NCBI GenBank assembly: GCA_019057475.1
Contig: DXJO01000038.1
Span: forward strand, 1-64,000
Direction: 5' to 3'
Origin: Candidatus Thorarchaeota archaeon
GTDB lineage: Archaea; Asgardarchaeota; Thorarchaeia; Thorarchaeales; Thorarchaeaceae
DNA: 64,000 bases
Every line of letters begins with the position of its first letter. Within the stretch, counting starts at the first letter, position 1. Below, piece by piece: positions 19,470 through 30,168 of the stretch. The notes below the pieces were generated by a model. It was not told where the DNA came from. It saw only the letters and a program-made list of their open reading frames with translations, and ran no database searches. Position numbers and translations under genes: made by a program.

Positions 19470-20222
19470 ATGTTTCACGCGACCCTTGATAGTAGCAAAA
19501 CATGGAAGCAGATTATAGACGCCCTTGCCACGCTTCTCACAGAGGCACACTTCATAGTGTCTGAAACCGGCTTTTCATTGCGCCAGCTGGACTCATCCAA
19601 GGCGGCCATGGTGGATATGACATTGCCTGCCGGGGTTTTTCAAGAGTACAAATGCGATGGCGAATATGATATCTGCTTGGGAATTGATGAGCTGGCCAAA
19701 GTCAGCAAACGGATGGCAGCCGACGACAAGCTTGAATTCAATCTCGATGAAGCCGAAAAGCGGTTTGAAATCAAGATGCTCGGCCAAGCTGACAGACAGT
19801 TTAAGCTTCAGCTTCTCACACCTCCTGATGATCGAACGAAGAAACCCAGTCTTGCATTCGATGTCAAGGCTGAGATGTTTGCTGACGCTTTCAAACAGGC
19901 AGTGAAGGATGTTGGAGTTGTTTCAAGTCACATCAGAATCACTGCTGACGGCAAATCGCTTACTTTCACCGGTGAAGGCGACGCAGGGGAGGCTCAGGTT
20001 TCATTGAAATCCAATGAGGAATCGTCATTATTCGAGCTGAATGTGAAGAACAAGTCCAACTCTATGTACGCCCTGAATTATCTCGCTGAAATTTCAAAGG
20101 CGATTACCAGTGATAGCATAGTCATCCAGTTCAGCACAAACAAGCCCATGCATATGGAGTTCGCGATTGCAGAGGGTGGACGAATCAGCTTCATTCTTGC
20201 TCCTCGTGTGGAGCGAAGGTAG
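19470..20222 (+). CDS. pcn: DNA polymerase sliding clamp PCNA
   Basis: 250 aa; LDSSKAAMVD, YALNYL, ISFILAPRVE. Confidence 0.96.
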   Translation: MFHATLDSSKTWKQIIDALATLLTEAHFIVSETGFSLRQLDSSKAAMVDMTLPAGVFQEYKCDGEYDICLGIDELAKVSKRMAADDKLEFNLDEAEKRFEIKMLGQADRQFKLQLLTPPDDRTKKPSLAFDVKAEMFADAFKQAVKDVGVVSSHIRITADGKSLTFTGEGDAGEAQVSLKSNEESSLFELNVKNKSNSMYALNYLAEISKAITSDSIVIQFSTNKPMHMEFAIAEGGRISFILAPRVERR

Positions 20223-20237
20223 TGGAGCTTCAGGATT

Positions 20238-21614
20238 ATGCCGCGACGGGCTCAAGAAACGAAATTCTTGCAGCTAACATTTCAAGACCACTATCGGTCC
20301 AACCCAGAGAATATTGATATACCCGCAAAGGTTCACGCTCGGGAATTCGGCATGGAGAGTTGGGCGTATACTTGGCGTTGCATTGAGAGGAATGAACGCA
20401 ATGAATCTGGGTCCACGATACGCAAAGGGTGCGGACGCTCTGGAAACTCGTTCATTCGGATATCAAAGTGTCCAAACTGTGGCTCTTCCGACATTCATGT
20501 GAACAACTGGACTCGGCATCATGGTTTTCGAACTGGTGAAGCGTTAGTTAAGGAACTCGCCATGTCAGCACCCCATAGCGTGTATCATTCTGCTGCGTTT
20601 TACAAGGTACCTGTTGCTAGGCACATGGACGAGAAGGAGTGGCAAGGAGCGGAACTAGTCTTTGACATAGATGCTGATCATCTTAACTCGCCCTGCGCAG
20701 ATGAGCATGACACATGGAGGTGCAATAATCCCGAGTGTGATGAAACAGGTTCCGGACGATCCCCTACGACCGGTTGTCCGAAGTGTAAGGGCATGAGTTT
20801 CAGTAGCCGAAAATGGATATGTGACAAATGTCTTGATGACGCAAAGAAGACCCTGCTGAAGGTGTACGATGACTTCTTGGTTCATGACTTAGGAATCAAT
20901 CCGGAGTTGATCCAACTGAACTATAGCGGTCATCGTGGATACCATATCAGAGTGCGTGACCCGAAAGTATACAAATTGGGCTCAAATGCGCGTGTCGAAA
21001 TTGTGCATTTCATAACTGGAATGGGTTTCGACAGCACAAAAGCAGTTATTATCGATGGCAGCATTCCCCGGGTTTCGCCCCGGAGCTTTCCCGGATGGGC
21101 TGGGAAGACTGCCCACGCGATGGTTGAGTTCATCAAGAACATCGACACCTATCTTGGAACGGAACAATGGGTGAAACGTCTGAAGAAGAACAGGACTGCT
21201 GCCATAAAGGGGCTCCAGCGAGAGCCGCCCATTATCACCACGGTGCCAGGTATAGGCGTGAAATCTTGGCAAGAGATTGCAGCCAAATCCACTATGGCCT
21301 TTGGCGGAGAGATTGATGTGCCAGTAACTCATGACATTCACAGAATCATCCGTCTAATAGGAAGCCTCAATGGCAAGACCGGTTTCCTTGTTTCAGAGCT
21401 CACGCGTGATGAAACAGATGATTTCGACCCCTTCGGCGACGCTCTTGCCTTTGACGAAGGTGCGCTTAAGCTGAGAGTCACCGGTGGGCAGGTCAAGGTT
21501 CCAAGATTCCGGATTGGTGACGACGCATACGGTCCATACGGGGATGAAGTTGTAGAGCTTCCAATGTCTGCTGCAGTCTTTCTACTGTGCAAAGGAGTGG
21601 CTACCATTGAGTGA
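20238..21614 (+). CDS. priS: DNA primase catalytic subunit PriS
   Basis: REFG, ELVFDIDADHL, YSGHRGYH, IDVPVTHDIHRIIRL.GSLNGKTG. Confidence 0.95.
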   Translation: MPRRAQETKFLQLTFQDHYRSNPENIDIPAKVHAREFGMESWAYTWRCIERNERNESGSTIRKGCGRSGNSFIRISKCPNCGSSDIHVNNWTRHHGFRTGEALVKELAMSAPHSVYHSAAFYKVPVARHMDEKEWQGAELVFDIDADHLNSPCADEHDTWRCNNPECDETGSGRSPTTGCPKCKGMSFSSRKWICDKCLDDAKKTLLKVYDDFLVHDLGINPELIQLNYSGHRGYHIRVRDPKVYKLGSNARVEIVHFITGMGFDSTKAVIIDGSIPRVSPRSFPGWAGKTAHAMVEFIKNIDTYLGTEQWVKRLKKNRTAAIKGLQREPPIITTVPGIGVKSWQEIAAKSTMAFGGEIDVPVTHDIHRIIRLIGSLNGKTGFLVSELTRDETDDFDPFGDALAFDEGALKLRVTGGQVKVPRFRIGDDAYGPYGDEVVELPMSAAVFLLCKGVATIE

Positions 21615-22242
21615 TGTGAGTTATAATGACATAGAGTCTGCCTGGGAACAGGAAACCGCGAACGAGAATCTGCAGGATCTTGAGGACCTGAAGCTCAGTA
21701 GAATGATTTCATATCTCTCTGAGATTCGCGTTTCCCTAGCCAAGACAAAAGCAGAAGATCAACTCCAAGCTGATCTTTTCGCACAAGAAGCATTGAACGT
21801 CGAGTTCATGTTGAACGACCTTCTATTACTTCGACAGAATAAGATTCTGAAGGATGCCCTCGCACAAAGGCGTCCAATAGGTACAATGACACTTGCAGAA
21901 GAAGAGTTCTACAATCGTCTTCTGCGAGGAGTCGAAGGACACCAGGAGTTCATCAAAGGCGCTCTGACTGGCACCCCGCCTTCAACTAAAAAACAATCTA
22001 CCAGAAAGAAGCGCAAGAAAGGTGACGATAAATCAGATGTTCCCCCAGAAGAGGCTACGGATTACGTCCTCGTCAGATTTCTGCGGCCTATCAAGGATGC
22101 ATTCATGGGTCTGGACGAAGCCACCTATGGTCCATTCAAGAAAGAGGATATCGCAACCATACCAACAGAGAATGCGCGAGCATGGCTTCTTGATGGTACA
22201 ATTATCAGGGTTGTGCCTGAAGAATTGGAGGCCAAGAAGTGA
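21607..22242 (+). CDS. GINS subunit (Gins51 type)
   Basis: Helical A domain (RQNKI, MTLAEEEFY) followed by a C-terminal B domain (FMGLDEATYGPFKKEDIATIP); follows priS. Confidence 0.85.
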   Translation: MSDVSYNDIESAWEQETANENLQDLEDLKLSRMISYLSEIRVSLAKTKAEDQLQADLFAQEALNVEFMLNDLLLLRQNKILKDALAQRRPIGTMTLAEEEFYNRLLRGVEGHQEFIKGALTGTPPSTKKQSTRKKRKKGDDKSDVPPEEATDYVLVRFLRPIKDAFMGLDEATYGPFKKEDIATIPTENARAWLLDGTIIRVVPEELEAKK

Positions 22243-22532
22243 GAGATCCTGAAAATCTTGTCCTTCAGCTCACGGAATTGAGAAACAATATAGTCAGAAT
22301 GCAGAGCGAAATCGAACAGGAATATGAGAAGTTCCAGGTGGCGCTTAGCGGTGTTCTTCGCATCCTCTCAGGAGAGGGCAGCGCGATACTAAAGGCGATT
22401 CAAGGCTCTCCTGAAGAGGTGAAGGGGTATTTGATTCAGCTCGCATCACAGCTTCGCCAGCATACGACTAAATCTTGGGAGTCGTTGAAGATAGAACTGG
22501 ACAACATGATAGAGCTAATCCAAGGGAAATAG
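22239..22532 (+). CDS. hypothetical helical/coiled-coil protein
   Basis: 97 aa; overlaps the GINS stop codon (GTGA coupling). Confidence 0.6.
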   Translation: MRDPENLVLQLTELRNNIVRMQSEIEQEYEKFQVALSGVLRILSGEGSAILKAIQGSPEEVKGYLIQLASQLRQHTTKSWESLKIELDNMIELIQGK

Positions 22533-22574
22533 GAACAGAAACTTCTAAGAGGGATTAACAACCTCTAGAATCCC

Positions 22575-22763
22575 ATGCCCACGAAGCATCGCGTACCACT
22601 TCTCTTGGTTGGAATCATATGTGTCACACTAGCGATGCTTGGCATCCTTATGCAGCCCTTTGAGAATGCAGGGCTGCTAGAGATACTGGGATACGAAGTG
22701 ATGGTGATTGGCTGTACAGTTCTCCTTCTGTTTCTCCTGTACAAAGGTGGTTTCTCAGAGTAG
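22575..22763 (+). CDS. small two-TM membrane protein
   Basis: 62 aa with two hydrophobic helices. Confidence 0.55.
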   Translation: MPTKHRVPLLLVGIICVTLAMLGILMQPFENAGLLEILGYEVMVIGCTVLLLFLLYKGGFSE

Positions 22764-22939
22764 GACAGACGCGAAACTCAGGATACCCGTTTGGCTGCCA
22801 CCGGCCGAAGATTTGACACCCGAAAGCAGCGTGTATGTTTTCTCTTTGTAACAGATGTCAGTGATGAAAACTATTAATACCTGTCAGGAATTCGCAAACG
22901 CACTCAGCACATAGTTCGCTTAGTCTTTGTGGTGCGTTT

Positions 22940-23485
22940 GTGATGACCGAAACAGAAGAAAAGGCTGATCCGCCAGCCGTGATGATTGAACCCATTGACA
23001 TCTCCAAACTGGATCCGGACTTTCGAGAAGGAATCAGGAGCATGCCCAACGGGGAGGAACTCTCTGCGTGCTTTGCTTGTTCGACTTGTACCGCCGCATG
23101 CCCTATTGCGAACACTTGGAAGTACAAGCCCCATCAGCTGATACGCATGATTCTTCTCGGAATGCGTGAGGAGGTTCTATCCTCTGAGGAAATCTGGCTC
23201 TGTTTGACATGCTTTGAGTGTCAAGAACGCTGCCCACAGAATGTGCGGGTGACAGACATATTCTTCGACTGCAAGAACCTTGCGGCGGAGGAGAGCATGA
23301 TTCCGGACAGCATCGTAGGCCTAGCAAAAGAACTCTTAGACAAGGGCCAGCTCTATGTTGTCACTGCAGATTGGGAACGTGAGGACATGGATCTTGAGCC
23401 AGAAGTTCCAGGTCTCTCTACTGAAGAGTTCAAGGCTATTCTAAAAGGAACTAGAACAGGTCGTATTGTAGGGGGCGATGAATAA
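22940..23485 (+). CDS. hdrC: heterodisulfide reductase subunit C-like
   Basis: CFACSTCTAACP and WLCLTCFECQERCP. Confidence 0.92.
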   Translation: MMTETEEKADPPAVMIEPIDISKLDPDFREGIRSMPNGEELSACFACSTCTAACPIANTWKYKPHQLIRMILLGMREEVLSSEEIWLCLTCFECQERCPQNVRVTDIFFDCKNLAAEESMIPDSIVGLAKELLDKGQLYVVTADWEREDMDLEPEVPGLSTEEFKAILKGTRTGRIVGGDE

Positions 23486-24352
23486 ATGCCATCATATAAT
23501 TTGTACATGGGTTGTAGTGTACCAGCAAATTATCCAAACTATGAAACTTCTCTGTTTAGAGTTGCAGACAAGTTCGGCATAGAATTGATTTACATGGAGG
23601 GTGTCAGTTGCTGTGGAAGTCCAAATCTCCGCGCGATAGATTATATGGGCTGGCTAATTGTTAATGCAAGGACATTGGCCGTTGCTGAGAAGAATGGTCA
23701 TGACATAGTCACCCCATGCAATGGTTGTTTTGGCTCTCTAAAGGACGTGTACCACTTTCTCATACATAATGCTGATTACAGAGAGAAGGTAAATGCCGAG
23801 CTAAAGAAAACCGGCGTGGAGTTCAAGGGCACTATCAAACCACGCCACTTCATTGAGGCACTATACAACGACATAGGCATTGACGAAATCAAGAAGAAGA
23901 TTACAAAGCCTCTTGATGGGGTAGGAATCGCTATCCATTATGGTTGTCATCTGTTACGCCCAAAAGATGTGACTGAGTTCAAACCAGAGATTTTCGAGGC
24001 TCTCATTAGAGTCACAGGTGCCAGTGTAGTTGAATATCCATTATGGAAGCAGTGCTGTGGTGCCACTGTACTGCCAGTCAATGAAGAACTCGCAATCAGA
24101 CTGGCGCGCGACAAGCTAAAGTCCATGAAGGAGGCGGGAGCAGTCTTCACGACAGTTTCCTGTCCTGCATGCGGAAATCAGCTCGATTTACAACAGCTGG
24201 GATTGAAGGAGTCATATGGGGAAGAGTACAACCTGCCAGTTCTCTTCATCACACAGATTCTGGGGCTTGCGATGGGTATGGGGGACGATGAAGTCGGTCT
24301 CGAGATGAACAGGGTTCCAGCAGATCCGATTCTCAAGCACCTGAGCGGTTGA
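23486..24352 (+). CDS. hdrB: heterodisulfide reductase subunit B-like
   Basis: Two CCG domains (SCCG, QCCG), TPCNGC, HYGCH. Confidence 0.93.
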   Translation: MPSYNLYMGCSVPANYPNYETSLFRVADKFGIELIYMEGVSCCGSPNLRAIDYMGWLIVNARTLAVAEKNGHDIVTPCNGCFGSLKDVYHFLIHNADYREKVNAELKKTGVEFKGTIKPRHFIEALYNDIGIDEIKKKITKPLDGVGIAIHYGCHLLRPKDVTEFKPEIFEALIRVTGASVVEYPLWKQCCGATVLPVNEELAIRLARDKLKSMKEAGAVFTTVSCPACGNQLDLQQLGLKESYGEEYNLPVLFITQILGLAMGMGDDEVGLEMNRVPADPILKHLSG

Positions 24353-24353
24353 G

Positions 24354-25616
24354 GTGAAGACAGTAGTGTCTGATCCGGTACTAGTCATTGGAGCCGGAGT
24401 AGCAGGATTAACCGCAGCTACTCAGCTGGCAGACTCCGGGATTCGAACTGTACTAGTTGACCGGCTGCCCATTGTTGGTGGAAATGCTATGGACCTGTAC
24501 AAGGCATTCCCAACGGATGATTGCTTCTATTGTTTCGAGGGGAGTCGATCGAGGCCTGGAATTCGGAAGTGCTTCTATAGAAGCGCGATTTTGGACCAGC
24601 CAAATATTGAACTCAAAGTCAATGCCGAAGTCACTGAGATAAGCGGCAGCCCTGGCAAGTTTCAAGCTAAACTTAGCGTAGGTTCACAGTACATTGATTC
24701 AAAGAAGTGCATCATGTGTGGACTTTGCATTGAGCGCTCTAACGCTTTCAGCTTACCTTCGCCACAATGTCAACCTCAGGCAGTGATTTATGACCCTGAG
24801 CTGAGTGACGAGGGCGCCAAGAAGGCAGAAGAGGAGTGCCCGACAAAGGCGATTAATCTGGGCGCCCAATCCTCGGAGGAAACGGTTCAGGTTTCCGACA
24901 TAGTAATTGCTACTGGTTATCATGAGATGAAACCTGTTTCAATAGATGAGTACGGTTACGGCAAGATACCCAATGTAGTTACGCAGTTAGAACTGGCTCA
25001 GATTCTTGACCCCAACGGTAAGTCGGGAGGCGCCTTGGTTCGCCCCTCCGACGATGGTCAGGTAAAGAGGGTGATGATGGTGCAATGTGTGGGCAGTAGA
25101 GATGAGAACTACTACCCCTTCTGCTCCAAGATATGCTGTGTCTATGCGCTAAAGCACGCTAACATCATTGTACTCGAACGAGATGGCACCCAAGTGACAG
25201 TAGTGTACATGGACATCCGAACTTACGACAGACATGAACGCTACTATCGAGTGGCGCGAGATGCAGGTGTCAGATTCGTCCGCGGAAGGGTAAGCAGACT
25301 TGAAGCATGTGAGGATGGAACCTTAGACATCATAGCCTATGATTCGCTGCTTGACAAGTACCTGAAATTCAATGTCGATCTCTTTGTTCTCTCATCAGCA
25401 TTGGAACCGCCAAAGGGCAGTGCTGAGCTGATAAAATCACTCGGTCTACACTCTGCTAGTGGCTTCGTGGGTCCGGCTGACTCCACCTCTGAGAACGAGG
25501 TTGTCGCTGGTGATCATGTTTACGTGTGTGGCGCAGCGACAGGTCCCGCTGAAATTCCTGAGAGTGTTACACAGGCGAGGGCGGTAGTAAGCATGATTCT
25601 ACAAAGTAGGAAGTGA
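24354..25616 (+). CDS. hdrA: HdrA-like FAD/Fe-S protein (short form)
   Basis: GAGVAG, KAFPTDDC..C, QCVGSRD...CSKICC. Confidence 0.88.
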   Translation: MKTVVSDPVLVIGAGVAGLTAATQLADSGIRTVLVDRLPIVGGNAMDLYKAFPTDDCFYCFEGSRSRPGIRKCFYRSAILDQPNIELKVNAEVTEISGSPGKFQAKLSVGSQYIDSKKCIMCGLCIERSNAFSLPSPQCQPQAVIYDPELSDEGAKKAEEECPTKAINLGAQSSEETVQVSDIVIATGYHEMKPVSIDEYGYGKIPNVVTQLELAQILDPNGKSGGALVRPSDDGQVKRVMMVQCVGSRDENYYPFCSKICCVYALKHANIIVLERDGTQVTVVYMDIRTYDRHERYYRVARDAGVRFVRGRVSRLEACEDGTLDIIAYDSLLDKYLKFNVDLFVLSSALEPPKGSAELIKSLGLHSASGFVGPADSTSENEVVAGDHVYVCGAATGPAEIPESVTQARAVVSMILQSRK

Positions 25617-27793
25617 AGCGAAAGGTGGCGGACAACAAATCGGCAGTTCTGGTTTGCACGTGCGGCAAGCAGCTTCAACTAGACTACGAGCTAATCAAGA
25701 ACGCTGTCAGCAAGATGAAACTGGCTGCCTCAGTGACAGTCCATGACCTTGTGTGCCAAGAAGAGGGTCTGGCCAAGATATCAGAACTGGTCGACAAACA
25801 TGGTGGCCGTGTCGTAATCGCCGCCTGCACCAACCAGAAAATACAGCCGCGCATTGACGAGCAGCTAGAATTAAACGGAAAGGGCTCCACCCAGTTGCAG
25901 TACGTGAACATCCGTGAGCACTCTGCATGGGTACATGAGAACCAGGAAGAAGCAACCAGAAAAGCGATAGACATGATTAGGGGCGTCCTCGCGCGATCTG
26001 CAGGCTCCACACCTCGCCAAGTCGAGAAGAAAAATATCCCCAGTCATGTGACAGTCGTTGGCGGTGGGATTGCCGGGATTGAAGCCGCGCTGAGCTTGTC
26101 CAATCTAGGATATGAAGTGACACTGATTGAGCTCGAAGAGGAACTAGGAGGACATGTCATTCTCCTTCCTGTGGTAGCTCCAACAGGCAAGTCTGGAAAA
26201 GAAATCCTAACTGGCAGGCTTGATGCACTTCAAAAGAATAAAGGCATCAACGTGATGACAAAGACTCGAGTTAAGTTCGTTGAAGGCGAGATGGGCAGTT
26301 TCATAGTGCATTACACCACGGATGAGAATGAAAACGAGAAGACCATTGAAACATCAGCCATAGTGATGGCAACTGGATTCAGAGAGTTCAAACCCACAAT
26401 GATGGATGAGTACAGATACGGGAAGAATCCTGATGTCCTCACCCAGTTCGAGCTGTCCTGCATGCTCTCGGAAGGGGCTCTTGCACGGCCCTCGGATGGC
26501 GAAGAAGTTAAGGACATTGTCATGGTGCAGTGTGTTGGAAGCCGAGATGAGGAATACAAGCGTGACTGCAGTAAACTATGTTGCACGTTTGCGATTGACA
26601 ATTCACTATCGATTATCGAGAAAGTTCCAGATGCGAAGATACGCGTTATCTACATGGACATCCGCGTACCATTCGAGCATGAGATGATATACAAGGAATC
26701 ACGTGACAAGGGCGTCGACTACATTCGCGGTCGTATCAGTAGAGTATGGGAAACGGATGGAAAAACACGCGTCCAGTTCTACGATTCCCTTCTGAATCAG
26801 TATTTTGAGGTCACCCCTGATCTAGTTGTCCTATCATCGGCTATTCTTCCGCCAGAAGGCACCAGAGAACTCTCGGAGACCCTTGGTTATTTGGTTGAAG
26901 ATGATGGTCATATCAAGGAGCTATATGGTAAGCTTCGGCGGAATGAAACTCGCAGACGCGGGGTAATAGCTGTAGGTGGAGTCACTCGGCCACAGTTCGT
27001 TTTTGAGGCGGTCACTGATGCCCAGGCAGGGGCATTGATGTTACATACTGAACTTCAAGGCGGTAGCATCGAGGGCGTGGCACGTGGTGCAGTTCTGAAC
27101 GTTGATGATTGCGTGGGATGCAGCCTCTGCGCGCAGCAATGTCCTCGTGGAGTGCCCCTGATGATTGAGCAGACAGACAAAGAGGAAGAGGATGAAGAGC
27201 AGAAATTCATCTTCATTGCATCGATTGATACTCTACTCTGTCACGCGTGTGGAGTCTGTCAGAGCCTTTGCCCCACTGGAGCAACGCAGCTAAACTTCCT
27301 CACCAATGAACAACTCTGGTCAGAGATAGAGGCCACACTCGAAGGAGCAGGTCCAGACTATCCAATCACCCTGTGTTTCTATTGTGAGGAGTGTTCGGTT
27401 TCCACAATTGATATTGTGGGAACTAGAAAGATGAACTACCCCGCAAGTACTCGTCTGATTCCTGTCCCATGTGCAGGTCGGGTTTCCATTATTGACATCT
27501 TAAAGGCACTTGAAAGCGGAGCCAGCACAGTGATGATCGCAGCCTGTGAAACTGATAGGTGCCATATCGGAGGCACTGGGAATGAGATAGCACAGGTCCA
27601 AGTGGATGTGGCACGAGAGATACTCACTGCCATCGGTTGGAAGGGTGAGCGGGTTGATATGTTCAGGATGTTCAGCGCCGAACCTGAAAGATTCACGACT
27701 GCAATCAATGAGATGGTGAAACGTTCAAAGGAATTAGGTCCAACTCCTGTCCATCAAGGAACCTCAGGCAAGTGGATGGAGGCGAGCAAGTGA
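25613..27793 (+). CDS. hdrA: HdrA-MvhD fusion protein
   Basis: CTCG, AACT, NIREH, GGGIAG, QCVGSRD..CSKLCC, two ferredoxin motifs, C-terminal MvhD domain (YCEEC, VPCAGRV, SAEP). Confidence 0.9.
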   Translation: MKRKVADNKSAVLVCTCGKQLQLDYELIKNAVSKMKLAASVTVHDLVCQEEGLAKISELVDKHGGRVVIAACTNQKIQPRIDEQLELNGKGSTQLQYVNIREHSAWVHENQEEATRKAIDMIRGVLARSAGSTPRQVEKKNIPSHVTVVGGGIAGIEAALSLSNLGYEVTLIELEEELGGHVILLPVVAPTGKSGKEILTGRLDALQKNKGINVMTKTRVKFVEGEMGSFIVHYTTDENENEKTIETSAIVMATGFREFKPTMMDEYRYGKNPDVLTQFELSCMLSEGALARPSDGEEVKDIVMVQCVGSRDEEYKRDCSKLCCTFAIDNSLSIIEKVPDAKIRVIYMDIRVPFEHEMIYKESRDKGVDYIRGRISRVWETDGKTRVQFYDSLLNQYFEVTPDLVVLSSAILPPEGTRELSETLGYLVEDDGHIKELYGKLRRNETRRRGVIAVGGVTRPQFVFEAVTDAQAGALMLHTELQGGSIEGVARGAVLNVDDCVGCSLCAQQCPRGVPLMIEQTDKEEEDEEQKFIFIASIDTLLCHACGVCQSLCPTGATQLNFLTNEQLWSEIEATLEGAGPDYPITLCFYCEECSVSTIDIVGTRKMNYPASTRLIPVPCAGRVSIIDILKALESGASTVMIAACETDRCHIGGTGNEIAQVQVDVAREILTAIGWKGERVDMFRMFSAEPERFTTAINEMVKRSKELGPTPVHQGTSGKWMEASK

Positions 27794-30054
27794 GCGACGT
27801 TGCGACGGAGAAATCAATGGCTCCCAAACGCCAGCGCATGATGGACATGGTTCTCTTCATTGGAGGTCTCAAGGAAGAGTCCGCAATACCTCCGAGCAAG
27901 GTCAATGAGGAAATCGAGAATCTGAAACGTGATGTTACACCTCTTACAGAATCTATTCTGGAGTTTCCAGATGCATACCTGGCCGAGTTCATAGGAGTGG
28001 CCCAACGAACAAGAATGGTAGAACAGATTCATAATCCATCTGTTCTCCCTGAGGCGGTTGCCAGTCTGGAATCAGCCCTCACCAAAATAGACTCCGAAGC
28101 TGTTTCAGGCCTTCTAGTACTACTGAGGAACTCACTAAACCGCACGGAAAGTACTGACGAAGCACCAGAGGGGGGTGTGGCTGGGGACATTGAGGCAATA
28201 CTGAACCCTCTGCCAGAATTAATCTCCAAGATAGATTCAACCATAGGTGAATACGAGGAAACGGCAAGGTCCAATGCAGAGGCGGCAACAATTAAGCTAA
28301 CATCGCTGATTGACACCTTGGAGAACCTCACCTCTGACATGGAATCGGATGCTGACGCAACACTTGATGGATTCCAGAAGCTCGGGGCAAAGACCAGATA
28401 TGGTCCGTTTCTGCGGGCTGCGGCACAGCTCAAACGCGGCAAGAGAGAAGGAAGAATCGATGATGAACTGTTCCTTCAACTACTTACAGCTAATCTGCTC
28501 ACCGAGCTCCGCCGAGGCGTCATCATGTTTATTTTGAACAAAGTGGGCTCAAGAACAGTTCCTCAACTCGGCGAGCTTATAAAAACACACCCCTCCGAGG
28601 TTCAGAAGGTCATTGTGAGCATGTTCGAGAGGGGTGAAGTTGAGATGGTGGGCCTTGACGGCGACTCTCCTATCTTTGCACGAGTCATGACCGACACGCC
28701 CGGTACAACGCTTGTGTTGAAGCAGATTATCCAACAACTCCGTGGAATGCTTGGTTCCCTTGATGAATCACTCCGCACATCAACCGAGTCCATGCTTGGG
28801 GCATTGGATCGACACTTGGAACGACTGGTCCTACTTGGCGCCTACGAGGAGGCATCTCTTGCTGAAACACTGAATGAATTGCGGGAGAGCACTGATTCAG
28901 CGACCGAAGCTGTCTTGAGTAGTCCGACCTCAGACACCTCTGAAGAGCTTCAGCTACTGGTTTCTGCTGGTCTTGAGGCATTTACACGATTCAGGCTCAA
29001 GATAGCGTTAGAGAAGGGCCCGAATCTTGTTTCCGATACCAACGTCTATGGCGAGAAACTCGACCCAGAAGTCTACAAGACTATGATGAATAGCTATCTT
29101 GACAATGAGCTCGAGCGAGGTACTATGCTGATTCTAATCCGTGAGCTTGGAGCCATGAGCGCCAAGGACTTGGCTGAGAAGACCAAGATTCCCCAGGATA
29201 GGATATTCAGCCATCTTCTAAGGATGAAGCGGGACGAACTCTTGCTCCTCGCCGGTGAGGAACACGGATACGTTCTGTACGATGTACCCCGAACACTTAG
29301 CGAGGCCGAAATCGCTACCAAAACCGTTTCCGACCTTGCGTTCCAACTCGCCTCCGCCAGAATTGAGCTTGAATCAGTATTAGGTGACTTCAAGGCTGAA
29401 AATATCGGGAAGCTGGCAACCTCCTTGGAAACCTTCTCAAAAGCGCGCGACAAACTGGAAAAGGTGACAGTCAAAGGCTCAGTCATTGCCGAGTCAGTGC
29501 TGAAGGGCGTGGAAGACAAAGTAAGGTCCGCTGTAGCAATGACATACCGGACCCGCGCAAAGCTCCCGAGCACGCGCTCCAAGGTAACGATTGAAGAGCT
29601 AATGGATGTGGATGTTCCGTCAGTTCTGGAGGAATATCGTTCTCAAATGGGCTACGCTCCTCTTCTAGGCTTCGGGACCATTGAATGGGAACAGTCTAAA
29701 TGTCTAGGATGCAAATCGTGTGAGATTGACTGTCCCGAGGATGCAATCGAGCTCAAGCCCGTGATAGATGTGCAGGAGTTCTTCGAGTTATCTGAAGAGT
29801 CCATGAAGAACCTTCCAGTGAATAAGGCACTATTCTACCAGACCGTACGAAACCTCGCCACGAAGAAACCCGTAAAACGCATCAGGCTGGCGAACGAAGC
29901 TCCTGGTTTTGGCACAATTGAGGTGGACCTCTGGCTCTGCGTGGGATGCCGGACCTGTGTCAGACGATGTCCAGGACCTGAAAATGGAGCCCTTGAACTC
30001 GTGCTGAAGTGGAACTTGCCCGAGGTTGTCAAACAGATCACGTCAGAAACTTAG
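27772..30054 (+). CDS. large helical protein with two wHTH-like repeats and C-terminal 2x[4Fe-4S]
   Basis: CLGCKSCEIDCP and CVGCRTCVRRCP; NVYGEK...SAKDLAEKTKIP..RIFSHL HTH-like block plus an earlier similar block. Confidence 0.75.
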   Translation: MDGGEQVSDVATEKSMAPKRQRMMDMVLFIGGLKEESAIPPSKVNEEIENLKRDVTPLTESILEFPDAYLAEFIGVAQRTRMVEQIHNPSVLPEAVASLESALTKIDSEAVSGLLVLLRNSLNRTESTDEAPEGGVAGDIEAILNPLPELISKIDSTIGEYEETARSNAEAATIKLTSLIDTLENLTSDMESDADATLDGFQKLGAKTRYGPFLRAAAQLKRGKREGRIDDELFLQLLTANLLTELRRGVIMFILNKVGSRTVPQLGELIKTHPSEVQKVIVSMFERGEVEMVGLDGDSPIFARVMTDTPGTTLVLKQIIQQLRGMLGSLDESLRTSTESMLGALDRHLERLVLLGAYEEASLAETLNELRESTDSATEAVLSSPTSDTSEELQLLVSAGLEAFTRFRLKIALEKGPNLVSDTNVYGEKLDPEVYKTMMNSYLDNELERGTMLILIRELGAMSAKDLAEKTKIPQDRIFSHLLRMKRDELLLLAGEEHGYVLYDVPRTLSEAEIATKTVSDLAFQLASARIELESVLGDFKAENIGKLATSLETFSKARDKLEKVTVKGSVIAESVLKGVEDKVRSAVAMTYRTRAKLPSTRSKVTIEELMDVDVPSVLEEYRSQMGYAPLLGFGTIEWEQSKCLGCKSCEIDCPEDAIELKPVIDVQEFFELSEESMKNLPVNKALFYQTVRNLATKKPVKRIRLANEAPGFGTIEVDLWLCVGCRTCVRRCPGPENGALELVLKWNLPEVVKQITSET

Positions 30055-30168
30055 TCCAGTTCTGGCTATTCAACAGAAACCAACCCTCTTCTATTGCTGA
30101 TTCATAACTGAAATATACTACCACATTGAAGCGTTGTTACCAGAACTATCACAGGGGAGCATGCTATC

